Below, piece after piece: positions 54,584 through 64,000 of a stretch of DNA of 64,000 nucleotides. A model generated the notes under the pieces. It was given only the letters and a program-made list of their open reading frames with translations, ran no database searches and was not told where the DNA came from. The stretch spans positions 5,511-69,510 of the forward strand of contig JBIIOE010000002.1 in assembly GCA_044337105.1 (NCBI GenBank). The letters run 5' to 3'. The stretch is from Bdellovibrionota bacterium. Lineage in GTDB: Bacteria; Bdellovibrionota_C; UBA2361; OMII01. Numbering within the stretch: position 1 is the first letter of the stretch; each line of letters begins with the position of its first letter. The position numbers and the translations under genes were made by a program.

Positions 54584-56416
54584 ATGAAACACCTGAATAC
54601 CATCATAGCGCTGGCCGCACTCAACGGTATCTTCGGCACGCTCCTTTTCCGGTATCTATTCGAGGTGTCTGAGCCGATCTCCGAGTATCCCGTTCTCACC
54701 GTGGTGATCTTCGGAGGAAGTATTCTGGTGGCGCGACTCCTATACGGAGTGTGCAAGGGAAACTTTGGATCGGACCTTCTGGCAGGGGTGTCTATAGTCA
54801 CCGCACTCCTGTTGGGTGAGTATCTCGCTGGAGCAATCGTGGTGCTGATGCTTTCAGGTGGAACAGCCTTGGAGGACTTTGCCATGCGACGGGCTTCGTC
54901 TGTATTGGATGCCCTCGCAAAGCGTATGCCTCAGATCGCCCACCGACGCTCAGGACAGCAGCTTCAAGATATTACCGCAGGCGAGGTCGAAGTAAGCGAT
55001 GAGCTCGTCGTTTTGCCACACGAGCTATGTCCTGTTGACGGCGTGGTGATAGAGGGGCGTTCATCGATGGACGAGTCCTATTTGACAGGAGAACCGTACA
55101 AGCTCTCGAAGACTCCGGGCTGCGAGGTCATCTCTGGTGCCATCAATGGGGAAGGATTGGTCGTCATCAAGGCTAGTCGGAAGGCCGTGGATTCGCGCTA
55201 CGTCAAGATCATGCAGGTGATGGATGCGACGCGTCAGCGTAGGCCACGAATGCGACGACTAGCTGATAGATTGGGAGCTTGGTATACACCGCTCGCGATC
55301 GTGATAGCGATAGCGGCGTGGTACGGCTCCCATGATCCGACCCGTTTTCTTGCGGTGCTGGTCGTAGCGACGCCGTGCCCGTTGATCATCGCTATCCCAG
55401 TGGCGATCATTGGAGCGATCTCGTGGTGTGCGCGCCGCGGTATTATCATCAAGGATCCGATCGTTTTGGAGCGAGGTTACTCGTGCGACGTTCTCATTAC
55501 AGACAAGACCGGTACCCTTACTGTGGGAGAACCGGAGCTTGTTGCGATTGAGGTAAGCGGTGTGACGGCAGATGAGGTTTTACGCCTGACCGCCGGTCTA
55601 GAGCAGTACTCGAAGCATCCGCTCGCTCAGTCGGTTCTCGATGCGGCGAAGTTGCGCGATTTGGTGGTTCCGGAAGCATTCGAGGTGAGTGAGAAGCCTG
55701 GGCAGGGGCTCTCTGGTCGAGTAGGTGCACATCATGTGGCGATTACCGGGCGCAAGGGTATGCCAGCGGCGGTCGCTGAGCGGTTTGGTCAGAGTGTGGT
55801 AGGGCTGGAATGTATTGTGGTCATCGATGGTGAGGCTCGGGGGCTGCTGCGCTTTCGAGATGAGCCCAGGCCGGAGAGCCGGAGCTTTGTGGCGCATTTG
55901 GCGCCACGACACGGGTTCCGAGAGGTGGTGCTACTTTCGGGGGATCGCGATACGGAGGTTCAGTACCTAGCCGAGAAGATGGGGATAACGCGAGTTTTTA
56001 GCGGCAAGTCTCCTGAGGAGAAGGTTGATATTGTGCGAGCGGAATCCGAACATTCGCGAACGCTTTACCTCGGAGACGGGATAAACGACGCCCCAGCACT
56101 CGCTGCTGCGAGTGTTGGAATCGCCTTTGGGCCGAGGAGCGAAATTACCTCAGAAGCCGCAGGTGCCGTTATCCTCGAACCATCGCTTCGCAAAGTTGAT
56201 CAGTTTCTGCATATCAGCCGGCACATGCGTCGAGTGGCGCTTCAAAGCGCAGTTGGTGGAATGACGCTCAGTGTGGTCGGTATGGTGTTCGCTAGCGTTG
56301 GGCTGCTCTCTCCGGTTGCGGGAGCAGTGGTTCAGGAGGGGATAGATCTCTTCGCGGTGGTGAATGCTCTCCGAGCGGCTCGGCTGGGAGATGGTAACAG
56401 CGAGGATATGGAGTGA
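54584..56416 (+). CDS. heavy-metal-translocating P1B-type ATPase lacking N-terminal metal-binding domain
   Basis: TM 'PCP' motif 'VATPCPLIIAIP', phosphorylation site 'DKTGTLT', hinge 'GDGINDAPAL'. Start chosen at 'MKHLNTII', because the upstream in-frame extension overlaps the divergent CBS gene. Confidence 0.8.
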   Translation: MKHLNTIIALAALNGIFGTLLFRYLFEVSEPISEYPVLTVVIFGGSILVARLLYGVCKGNFGSDLLAGVSIVTALLLGEYLAGAIVVLMLSGGTALEDFAMRRASSVLDALAKRMPQIAHRRSGQQLQDITAGEVEVSDELVVLPHELCPVDGVVIEGRSSMDESYLTGEPYKLSKTPGCEVISGAINGEGLVVIKASRKAVDSRYVKIMQVMDATRQRRPRMRRLADRLGAWYTPLAIVIAIAAWYGSHDPTRFLAVLVVATPCPLIIAIPVAIIGAISWCARRGIIIKDPIVLERGYSCDVLITDKTGTLTVGEPELVAIEVSGVTADEVLRLTAGLEQYSKHPLAQSVLDAAKLRDLVVPEAFEVSEKPGQGLSGRVGAHHVAITGRKGMPAAVAERFGQSVVGLECIVVIDGEARGLLRFRDEPRPESRSFVAHLAPRHGFREVVLLSGDRDTEVQYLAEKMGITRVFSGKSPEEKVDIVRAESEHSRTLYLGDGINDAPALAAASVGIAFGPRSEITSEAAGAVILEPSLRKVDQFLHISRHMRRVALQSAVGGMTLSVVGMVFASVGLLSPVAGAVVQEGIDLFAVVNALRAARLGDGNSEDME

Positions 56417-56548
56417 AGTTGCCACGCTGTTCTACTCGTCTGGCATGAAGCTTGAAGCTATCTGAAGGAAAACAGCGATGCTAAAGCTTTTCGAAGCGCG
56501 GTATCGACCGATTTCTCATTTCTTTGGTCCATGAAATACAGGTGAGCA

Positions 56549-57955
56549 ATGCGCAGATCCCTCGTCCTTTCAATCGTTTCTCTTCTATGGTCGCTACCTG
56601 CTCTGGCAGGGGTACCGTCCGATTTCGATGGAGACTCACAGTCAGATCGGGTGCAGGTTGAGATTGGAGCTGACAAATCTTTGACATGGAAAACAGTTCT
56701 GTCGAGTACTGGAGAGACCCAGTCTCTGGGGACCATTGGCAAGGAGGGAGACCACCTCATAATGGCGCAATGGTTAGGCGGGGGTACGCAGATCGGTGTT
56801 GTCTCGTTGAAGACGGGGTCAGAGGATCTCCTATGGTCGATTGTCAATGCTCAAGGAGAGCAGCTCGAGCGTACGTTCGGAAACAAAGGCGATCTGGTTG
56901 TATCAGGGGCCGATTTCAACGGTAACGGTACCGCTGACGCGGCTGTTGTTCGACTCGCGAATGGAAAAGCTGAATGGCAGATTCGATACGATATGTTCAC
57001 GAGTGAGGCTGTGAACGAGACCTCTGCGGTGTTCGGAAAAGCAGGGGACCGGGCTTTTTATGCGAGCCTTGATGGGACGGTTGATTCGCTCGGGATGATC
57101 AGAAAGGGGAGGGGCAACCGGTCGATGGCACAGATGAGGAATCTGGTGACGGGTGAGGTGCGCAAATTTCTCAGGCTTCCGAAATTTGCGAGTGTCGGTA
57201 CGCGACCGCGCGCTTTTCCAGTGCCTCAATCGATTGGGGAAGATCTGATCGGTTTTCATGTTCAAAAGGGGCAGGGAACGGAGATTCGAATATATACCTT
57301 CGGGGGTACGGAGGTTGCCAATGCGCCTTTCGAGGGTAAGGGCGAATCCGTAGTTGGACAGTTCTCTCCGGGTGGGGACTATGAGGTGCTCTTTGAGGGC
57401 GAGAGTGAGTCGGGAATGCTCGACCCCGAAGGGGGAGAGGTCGTGGAGACAACGAACCTCAGTGGTATCTCTGTAGACGAAACGAACGTGAACACCGTAG
57501 GGGCGCCAACAACCTCTAACCCGAACAACGGCGGTGGTGGTTCTGGTGGGGGTAACTCGGGAGGTGGATCGGTATCCCAGTGTGCACAGACAGTGGCGTG
57601 GCCAGGAGGCCACATTTACAAAACGATAGGATCCACGCACTTCACGGATATTCGGCGCAATACCGTCGGGGTTGTGCTCCGTTCGGGAGCACGCGGACCC
57701 TTTCCAAGCTGTGTCGAGGCCCTCGACAGCTCGGGACGTACAATCGCCAAACTAGGACTCTACGCGCGTGGTGCGGGATGGGCCGCTCGTTATTACGCAG
57801 GAATCGGATGTGGAGCTGGTACTCCTTTCAATGGGTCCAGGCTCGCCTCTATAGCTCGGGCGAATACAGGGAGCTCGCGCATCTACATGAAGTTCGACAC
57901 TGTGTGCTACGGTCCGATCGAGGCAGCGAAATGCATCGGTAGTCAGCAATGCTAA
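56549..57955 (+). CDS. secreted FG-GAP/VCBS-repeat protein with Gly/Ser-rich linker and Cys-rich C-terminal domain
   Basis: Signal peptide, 'DFDGDSQSD' and 'ADFNGNGTADAAV' (FG-GAP calcium-binding loops), and 'NPNNGGGGSGGGNSGGGS'. Confidence 0.5.
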   Translation: MRRSLVLSIVSLLWSLPALAGVPSDFDGDSQSDRVQVEIGADKSLTWKTVLSSTGETQSLGTIGKEGDHLIMAQWLGGGTQIGVVSLKTGSEDLLWSIVNAQGEQLERTFGNKGDLVVSGADFNGNGTADAAVVRLANGKAEWQIRYDMFTSEAVNETSAVFGKAGDRAFYASLDGTVDSLGMIRKGRGNRSMAQMRNLVTGEVRKFLRLPKFASVGTRPRAFPVPQSIGEDLIGFHVQKGQGTEIRIYTFGGTEVANAPFEGKGESVVGQFSPGGDYEVLFEGESESGMLDPEGGEVVETTNLSGISVDETNVNTVGAPTTSNPNNGGGGSGGGNSGGGSVSQCAQTVAWPGGHIYKTIGSTHFTDIRRNTVGVVLRSGARGPFPSCVEALDSSGRTIAKLGLYARGAGWAARYYAGIGCGAGTPFNGSRLASIARANTGSSRIYMKFDTVCYGPIEAAKCIGSQQC

Positions 57956-57975
57956 CCGTGGCGGTGCAGAGTCTG

Positions 57976-58461
57976 TTAATCTTCGAAAGCGCTGACAAGG
58001 GCTTCTAGCCGTCCGGCTCTGAAAGGAACCGAATAGAATGTAGCCACTTCAGCGACCAAGGCACGCCGCTGTGCTGGCGTCATCTGTGCCGCTGCGTGTG
58101 CTTGAAACACGTTGACGTACTTCTCCGCTAGCTCGTAGATACGAGAGGCGCCGATGTGGCGTGCACCGGCAGGTTCAAGAAATCCCTCCGGTTGTGCATA
58201 TGAAAACTCAGGGGCTGGTGGCTGAGGATCGGAGTTGGGGATCGGTTCAGAGAAGGTTCGGATTCCGTTCGTTGTAGCGTACGGATTGGCTGTAATCGTC
58301 TTTGTCGGTATGGGGCCGGCTTCGAAATATGGTGTCACGGTGGAAAAATCGCTGCCATCAAGCTGAGCTGATCGCGATGCATCCGAGGGTGCTACACCTG
58401 ATACCTTCAAGCCCTTGATTGAAATTCTCTTGGTCTGGTAGCGCGCATCTCCGTACGACAT
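57976..58461 (-). CDS. hypothetical protein
   Basis: 161-aa ORF. No signature recognised. Confidence 0.3.
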   Translation of the reverse strand: MSYGDARYQTKRISIKGLKVSGVAPSDASRSAQLDGSDFSTVTPYFEAGPIPTKTITANPYATTNGIRTFSEPIPNSDPQPPAPEFSYAQPEGFLEPAGARHIGASRIYELAEKYVNVFQAHAAAQMTPAQRRALVAEVATFYSVPFRAGRLEALVSAFED

Positions 58462-58856
58462 AGTGCCCCTTTATATCCTTACAAAGGTGCAGAATCGGGC
58501 GGAGCGACACCTAAAGCCGATCCGTCTTTCTGCTTACTGCTTCTTGTCGGATATAGGGGGAGTATCTGCACGTTTCGGAGCTTTTTCGTGTCTGATGGTC
58601 GCCAATCCTTCAAGCTGCCTCAAGGCGCTCAAAAGCGAAGCTTTCTGATAACTGCCTGAAGGATATGGGGTTTTGTGTGTTTGGCCGGCTAAAGGCACAC
58701 CGACAGAGCAGTTTATTTTTTTCTCGACCAATCTCCGACCGGGGTGTAGCGTCTAAAGATAGAGGGTGCAAACGCGCTAGGATTTTTCATCCTTGTGTTC
58801 GCGCACACTTAAGCCTCAATCCGATAGTTCCGATGTGGTATCTAGAGGGCAAAGGT

Positions 58857-59213
58857 ATGAGTGGATGCTACCAATGCGGTCTGGCTGATGGCAGCGAGAC
58901 CAAGCTGTGCGAGACGTGTCACCGCAAGCGGTTTCACCAGGAGCTGTTCGTCATGTACGAGGCGCCGGAGGAACCGGTTCAAGGCATGGAGTGGTCTCCA
59001 AGGACCCAGCGCTTTATCCTGGGAGGTGGTGCTCTCTTCTATCTGTCACTGATAGCACTCTTCGGATTCATAACCCTCAAGACAGGTGCTCTGCCGCTCT
59101 CGATGAGTGCCGATGGACGATACGAATTCTATGTTGGAGGGGATTCTGTAACTCCGGTGCTGACAGAGCAAAGGTTCGAGCACGTCGAGTTCAAGAGCTC
59201 GAGTCACCGGTAG
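58857..59213 (+). CDS. hypothetical zinc-ribbon (CxxC...CxxC) membrane protein
   Basis: 'CYQCG...CETCHRK' followed by a single TM helix. RBS AGGGCAAAGG before the ATG. Confidence 0.4.
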   Translation: MSGCYQCGLADGSETKLCETCHRKRFHQELFVMYEAPEEPVQGMEWSPRTQRFILGGGALFYLSLIALFGFITLKTGALPLSMSADGRYEFYVGGDSVTPVLTEQRFEHVEFKSSSHR

Positions 59214-59243
59214 GCGATCACTTTTTCTGCTGCACGATTTCCC

Positions 59244-60230
59244 ATGACAACGCCAGCACACACGCAGATCTTTACAGGTCACGAGATGATCCGTCACGCA
59301 GAGGCGCGTATACGCCACTACGTGCGCGAGACAGCGCTCGAACACGCTCCCGATCTCGAAACAGGAGATGGAACGGTGTGGCTCAAGTGCGAACACCAAC
59401 AGGTGACCGGGTCCTTCAAGGTGCGCGGTGCATTGAACTGCGTTGCACAGTTGAGCGATGAAGAGCGTGCGCGAGGAGTCATTGCGTGTTCTGCCGGTAA
59501 TCACGGTCTCGGAGTTGCATATGCAGCGCATGTGTATGGGATGAACGCTACCATATTTCTTCCGGAGAGCGTCGATGCATCACGGAGGCGAGAACTCGAG
59601 CGCTTTCCAGTAGAGCTTCGCCTTGTAGGGCGCGAGTACGGTGAAACCGAGCGCGCTGCGCTCGCATGTGCAGAAGAGAGTGGGCGACCTTTTATCTCTC
59701 CATACAACAATCCAAATGTCGTAGCCGGACAGGGAACTGTTGCCGTAGAGCTACTCAGGCAGCTCCCCGAGGTCGAGCAGCTCTTCATCGCAGTAGGAGG
59801 GGGTGGATTGTTATCTGGTGTGGCTTCGTATGCCAAAGCGCTCAAGCCCGATATAAAAATCGTTGCGGTCTCTCCTTCGAACTCGGCGGCTATGTTCGAT
59901 GAGCTATCAGGAACGCCGGATGAATATCGCACGTTTCTTCCGACCTTATCGGACAGCACCGCTGGGCCGATAGAGGGTGGTTCGATTACCATCGATCTCT
60001 GTCGCGCCCTGATTGATCATTGGATCCTCGTCGAGGAGGAAGAAATAGTGGGAGCGATGCGGTATCTCTTTTTCGAACACCGCTTGGTAGTTGAGGGGGC
60101 AGGGGCGCTTGCAGTAGCTGCGTATCTCAAGGAGCAGCAGCGTTTTGGGGATCTCCACACAGCTTTGATAGTCTGTGGTGGAACGATAGATATGCAACGC
60201 TTTCACGGGTTGGTCCGGCCGGTGCGATGA
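59244..60230 (+). CDS. threonine/serine dehydratase (PLP-dependent, fold-type II; IlvA/TdcB-like)
   Basis: PLP lysine 'KCEHQQVTGSFKVRGALN' and the glycine loop 'AVGGGGLLSG'. No ACT regulatory domain. Confidence 0.85.
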   Translation: MTTPAHTQIFTGHEMIRHAEARIRHYVRETALEHAPDLETGDGTVWLKCEHQQVTGSFKVRGALNCVAQLSDEERARGVIACSAGNHGLGVAYAAHVYGMNATIFLPESVDASRRRELERFPVELRLVGREYGETERAALACAEESGRPFISPYNNPNVVAGQGTVAVELLRQLPEVEQLFIAVGGGGLLSGVASYAKALKPDIKIVAVSPSNSAAMFDELSGTPDEYRTFLPTLSDSTAGPIEGGSITIDLCRALIDHWILVEEEEIVGAMRYLFFEHRLVVEGAGALAVAAYLKEQQRFGDLHTALIVCGGTIDMQRFHGLVRPVR

Positions 60231-60254
60231 GAGAGCTGAAGCACGGTAGTCTAC

Positions 60255-61451
60255 TCAAAGAAGCTCGCGCGCGATGATCATACGCTGAACCTGGTTTGCT
60301 CCTTCAACTATCTGGAGCATCTTGGCCTCGCGCATCAGTCGTTCGACCGAGTACTCTTTGATATATCCGGCGCCGCCCAGGAGTTGCACTGCATCGGTCG
60401 TAATCGACATGGCTGCGTCCGTCGCAAAACACTTTGCCAACGAGGACGAGAGCTTCGTATTGAGCGCTGAGGTTCCAAGCCTGTGAGCATCGAGCTCACG
60501 CGCTGCATCGCTGGTCAAAAGCTTTGCTGCGCGCAGTTTCGCGTACATATCGGCTACCATGAACTGAAGTCCCTGAAATTCCGCTAGGGCGTGTCCGAAC
60601 TGGCGTCTCTCCTTGAGATGTTTTACGGCGATATCGATAGCCGTCGCCGCTATTCCATTTGCACATGCGGCGATGTTGACGCGACCACCGGCAAGTCCTG
60701 AGAGGGCGACTTTGAACCCTTCGTGAAGCGACCCGAGGAGTGCAGATGCGGGCACGCGGGCATCTTCGAAGAAGAGCGATGCAATAGGAGAAAGTTCACA
60801 CCCCATCTTCTTCTCCGGTTTGCCGATCGAGAGCCCCGATGTGTCGGCAGGCACCAGGAACGCAGAGATCTCGCTGCCGGTATCCTTCGGAGTTCTAGCA
60901 AAGACAAGGTATAGATCTGCGAACCCGGCGCTGGTGATGTAACACTTGTTCCCGCGAAGAACGAAATCGCCCCCGTCGGGTTTGGCCTCAGTCGATAGTG
61001 CAGCAGCATCAGAGCCGGCGTGTGGCTCGGTCAGTGCAAAGGCAGCGAGAGATTCCCCGGAAACGAGCTTGGGAAGAACGGAGCTCTTCTGAGTATCACT
61101 TCCGAATCGCGAAATGAGTCCGGCGACCATCGTGTGGACCGAAATGAATATGGCAGGTCCAAGATCGTGCTTCGACATAGTCTCAAAGACCGCCGCGCAG
61201 GTAGTCGCGGATGCCGCGATGCCCCCGTACTGTTCCGGAATTGCGAGCCCACCAAGACCTGCCTCGCACAGCGAACGGAAGAGCTCTCGAGGAACGGTGT
61301 TGTAATACGATTCGTCTTGGTAACGTGGAATGACTGATGCACTGACACGTTCAACCGTTTCCAGGACAAGCGGGTCGGCTTCGAGTTCGTTTATGTGGTC
61401 TTCCATCTCTTTAGGATACTCCACTTCTCGGGCGGGAAAAACCGGCTTCAA
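60255..61451 (-). CDS. acyl-CoA dehydrogenase
   Basis: 'FALTEPHAGSDAAAL', 'YKITSAGFA' and C-terminal 'QLLGGAGYIKEYSVERLMREAK..IVEGANQVQ' are ACAD hallmarks. Confidence 0.9.
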   Translation of the reverse strand: MKPVFPAREVEYPKEMEDHINELEADPLVLETVERVSASVIPRYQDESYYNTVPRELFRSLCEAGLGGLAIPEQYGGIAASATTCAAVFETMSKHDLGPAIFISVHTMVAGLISRFGSDTQKSSVLPKLVSGESLAAFALTEPHAGSDAAALSTEAKPDGGDFVLRGNKCYITSAGFADLYLVFARTPKDTGSEISAFLVPADTSGLSIGKPEKKMGCELSPIASLFFEDARVPASALLGSLHEGFKVALSGLAGGRVNIAACANGIAATAIDIAVKHLKERRQFGHALAEFQGLQFMVADMYAKLRAAKLLTSDAARELDAHRLGTSALNTKLSSSLAKCFATDAAMSITTDAVQLLGGAGYIKEYSVERLMREAKMLQIVEGANQVQRMIIARELL

Positions 61452-61529
61452 CGAGGTGGATTACGCAGGTGAAACGCCGGGCTGCGGTTCAACCAGCCAT
61501 GAGCGCCATGAATTCAGCGGTAGAGTGGG

Positions 61530-62111
61530 TCAAAACGTCCGCGGTCCGGCAGTCAGCTTGTTCGGCTCCCCAGGAAGCACTACCGGAATCCGAGTGTCTG
61601 TTCCTCCGGAGAGTTCGATTCGCACGGTTTCGCTAGCATGGCTCAAGGCCTCGGCTTGACGTAGGAATGTTGCTGAGAGGTCCTCGAAGGTGTCGAGGTA
61701 TTCAGTTTCTTCGTCGACCGAGCGCTCACTCATTGGGAGCGACCCACCGAGGGGGTTGATGAAGGGGTTGAAGCCCTGAGGTTTTCTGAGCTGCTCGCGC
61801 CGCTTGGTGATGAGTGCGGGAACATCGATCCAAAACGTGTAGTCCCGATGATCGTCCAAGCTCTTTCCGTTGCGCCATAAAAAGATGTTGCGCTCCGTCT
61901 CGGCCAAGAACCACAACGGGATCGAGTTGTGCCCTCGTAACCCCATAAGGTCGCGTTTGGTCAGTTCGCTTTCCACCGACTTCAAAACACCTAAAAGCAC
62001 GGAGCCTTCAGGCAGTGCTTGTACATTGCTATGCAACTCCTGCGTAGCGTTCCGGGAATGATCGAGGGCTGAAATATACAAGACCATTGATCTCCTTGCA
62101 CAAATTACCAC
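61530..62111 (-). CDS. hypothetical protein
   Basis: 193-aa ORF. No signature recognised. Confidence 0.3.
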   Translation of the reverse strand: MVICARRSMVLYISALDHSRNATQELHSNVQALPEGSVLLGVLKSVESELTKRDLMGLRGHNSIPLWFLAETERNIFLWRNGKSLDDHRDYTFWIDVPALITKRREQLRKPQGFNPFINPLGGSLPMSERSVDEETEYLDTFEDLSATFLRQAEALSHASETVRIELSGGTDTRIPVVLPGEPNKLTAGPRTF

Positions 62112-62298
62112 TACTTGGTGCTCGCGGTGCTCGGGAGAGGACCCCGTGCAAGAGCCTTGCCAGTTCGGAACAATTGCAATGTATCAATTGTGCTCTTGAT
62201 TGAACTTGCCCCCGGTATCGACTACATTCGAGAGCTGAAATGGGGCATAATTTGCTTCGCCTGAGCACCACCGATTAGTGGTTGTACGATGTTCTGCT

Positions 62299-63474
62299 AT
62301 GGCCACACGTCCTGATTCCGAAAAGAAGCGAAGTCTCCGCATCTGTCACATGGCGGACGTTCATTTGGGGTACCGGCGCTACAACAAGCTCACCAAACAT
62401 GGGATAAACCAGCGAGAGGCGGACGTAAATCTTGCCTTTCAGGAAGCTATCGGCAGAATCATCTCCTTAAAGCCGGATGCTACCATCATTGCTGGAGACC
62501 TGTTTCATGCGGTGCGCCCCTCGAACGCCAATGTGACCTTCTGCTTTAGACAGTTGAGGCGGTTGGCGCGGGAAACGGGAGCGCCCGTGATAGTGATTGC
62601 AGGTAATCACGAGACTCCCAAGCGCACGGATACCGGTTCTGTGCTTCAGCTCTTTTCCGAGATTGAGGGGGTGTTCGTAGCAGAGTCGGGGTTCGAGGTT
62701 TTTCCCTTCAAGGATCGCGACCTGGCGATAACGTGCCTGCCACATGCGGCGCTATTGGAACGCGAGAAGCTCTCGCTACGAGCTGATGACCGATTTACGT
62801 ACAATGTGCTCGTGGTTCATGCGCAGGTTAACGAGCGCTGGATCAGTGATTTCGGCGGTGTCGAACTGGAACTCAAGGCGCTTGCTCCTCACGAATGGGA
62901 TTACATCGCCTTGGGTCATGTGCATCTGCAGCGAGTCGTAGGGTTGAATGCGGCTTATTCAGGCGCTATCGAGCACACCTCTGCTAATATTTGGAGCGAA
63001 GCCTCTGAGTTGAAGGGGTTTCTCGAGGTGGCGCTTCCTTCAGGCAAACGCACCTTCCATCCACTCACATCCCCGCGTGAAATAGTGGTATTGGAGCCGA
63101 TAGACGCTGCACCACTCGAACCGCAAGAGCTCACTAAGCTCATCACCGAACGAACCGAGGGGATCGCTGGAGGGATAGAAGGAAAGATAGTGAGGCTCGA
63201 GATTAAAGGTATTTCCCGTGAGTCTTACCGAAATCTCGACCATCGCGAGCTGCGGGCGCTGCGAGCAAAAGCACTCAACTTGACCCTCGATATCTCCTTT
63301 GCTGCTGTTTCTCTTAGCTCTGCCGCACTTGGTGCTCCTGGGCGTGGTTTGCTCAGAGACGAGCTTATCGAATTCAGCAAGGGAGGAGAGGTGCCTGGTA
63401 TCTCGCACGAGGAGATCGCGCGGACTCTTGGAACGTATCTGTCAAAAGTAGAGGCAAAGTATGAAGCTTCGTAG
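62299..63474 (+). CDS. sbcD: DNA double-strand break repair nuclease SbcD (Mre11-type metallophosphoesterase)
   Basis: 'ICHMADVHLG' (motif I), 'IIAGDLFH' (motif II), 'IAGNHE' (motif III), 'GHVH' (motif V). Confidence 0.85.
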   Translation: MATRPDSEKKRSLRICHMADVHLGYRRYNKLTKHGINQREADVNLAFQEAIGRIISLKPDATIIAGDLFHAVRPSNANVTFCFRQLRRLARETGAPVIVIAGNHETPKRTDTGSVLQLFSEIEGVFVAESGFEVFPFKDRDLAITCLPHAALLEREKLSLRADDRFTYNVLVVHAQVNERWISDFGGVELELKALAPHEWDYIALGHVHLQRVVGLNAAYSGAIEHTSANIWSEASELKGFLEVALPSGKRTFHPLTSPREIVVLEPIDAAPLEPQELTKLITERTEGIAGGIEGKIVRLEIKGISRESYRNLDHRELRALRAKALNLTLDISFAAVSLSSAALGAPGRGLLRDELIEFSKGGEVPGISHEEIARTLGTYLSKVEAKYEAS

Positions 63475-64000
63475 CCTCTCGATGCAGCTTTTCCGGCAGC
63501 ACGTGTCGAGCGAGGTTGTGTTTCCCGATGGCTTGGTAGGTGTAGTAGGTTCGAACGGGTCGGGCAAAACAACCATCGTCGAAGCGATAGGATTCGCGCT
63601 CTTCGGTTCACGTGCGTTGCGCGGCAAGGTAGAGGACGTGCGCACGAGAACTGCGCCGACACGGACGGGCCGCGGTAAGCGAGACCATGACCTCAAAGTC
63701 TCCCTTTCCCTCGAACACGACGGGATTATCTTTCGTATCGAGCGCACTCTGTCAGAGGCATCTCTCTTCGTAGGAGGTGAGTCTACACCGGTTGCCGCTG
63801 GCAATCGCGATGTTTCCACCCGTATAAGTTCGATCGTCGGCATGTCGTACGAAGAGTTCGTGTCGACCTACTGTACCGAGCAGAAGGGGCTCGAATTCCT
63901 GAGTGGTAAAAAGGGCGCGACCGAGCGTGAGAAGTTCATCGTCAGGATGATGGGCTACGATCGGCTCGAGGAGGTACAGGATCTCCTCAGGACAGATCGC
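63461..64000 (+). CDS. sbcC: DNA repair ATPase SbcC/Rad50-like (5' partial, runs off window end)
   Basis: Overlaps the sbcD stop. 'LFRQHVSSEVVFPDGLVGVVGSNGSGKTTIVEAIGFALFG' is the SbcC N-terminal Walker A. No stop codon inside the window. Confidence 0.8.
   Translation, partial: MKLRSLSMQLFRQHVSSEVVFPDGLVGVVGSNGSGKTTIVEAIGFALFGSRALRGKVEDVRTRTAPTRTGRGKRDHDLKVSLSLEHDGIIFRIERTLSEASLFVGGESTPVAAGNRDVSTRISSIVGMSYEEFVSTYCTEQKGLEFLSGKKGATEREKFIVRMMGYDRLEEVQDLLRTDR

Noticed and set aside
63225-63843. Minus-strand ORFs (145 aa, 133 aa) at the window end
   Set aside because: They overlap sbcD and the sbcC N-terminal Walker A region on the + strand, which have clear protein signatures. Shadow ORFs.
1-64000. 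CRISPR arrays, tRNA/rRNA genes, transposases or intact integrases
   Set aside because: I found no regularly spaced direct repeats with unique spacers and no tRNA T-arm/acceptor patterns (e.g., GGTTCGAATCC-like). No DDE/HUH transposase or full tyrosine/serine recombinase motif sets are present in any ORF.

Overview
This is a 64-kb window from a GC-rich (about 58-60%) bacterial chromosome. MltA, a DUF481 outer-membrane barrel and many signal-peptide proteins point to a diderm (Gram-negative-type) cell; I cannot assign a phylum from sequence alone. Most of the window is recognisable core genome. I found no CRISPR array, tRNA or rRNA gene, and no transposase or active integrase, so there is no clearly delimited 'new system'.

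Genes identified, in order:
- a GNAT acetyltransferase, a CPA2 cation/H+ antiporter, a CBS-pair protein and an SGNH hydrolase;
- a large secreted protein made of two tandem pectate-lyase-like beta-helix domains, followed by a GT-C membrane glycosyltransferase, a DUF481 outer-membrane barrel and MscL;
- a KGG stress protein and a HerA-like (DUF853) ATPase;
- valS with a co-oriented CDGSH iron-sulfur protein;
- a PQQ-dependent sugar dehydrogenase, an AspC-like aminotransferase, a cold-shock-domain/DUF1294 fusion, a PabB-PabC fusion, ribD and ridA;
- phoB-phoR-pstC-pstA-pstB-phoU, with no pstS;
- mltA, a reprolysin-like Zn-metalloprotease, a GT4 glycosyltransferase and a Gly-rich RRM RNA-binding protein;
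- an HDOD-GAF protein, a DUF4339-AIM24 protein and a BON protein;
- livK-livH-livM-livG-livF, where LivG carries a hydrophobic insertion of about 95 aa;
- an SRPBCC protein, tlyA, a CBS protein divergent from a P1B-type ATPase, an FG-GAP protein, a threonine dehydratase, an acyl-CoA dehydrogenase, and sbcD with the start of sbcC.

The most unusual signals are non-coding:
1. A structured inverted-repeat element of about 190 bp (ends GGGAAGCGAGGCAAAACCTACC ... GGTTTTGCCTCGCTTCCC) is present in five intergenic copies. Two are full-length and in opposite orientation; three are end-only deletion derivatives. It looks like a MITE or REP-like family, or possibly a small-RNA family.
2. A second family of stacked hairpins occurs in three copies. 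Two of them bracket a 1.3-kb islet of about 50% GC that carries one orphan ORF.
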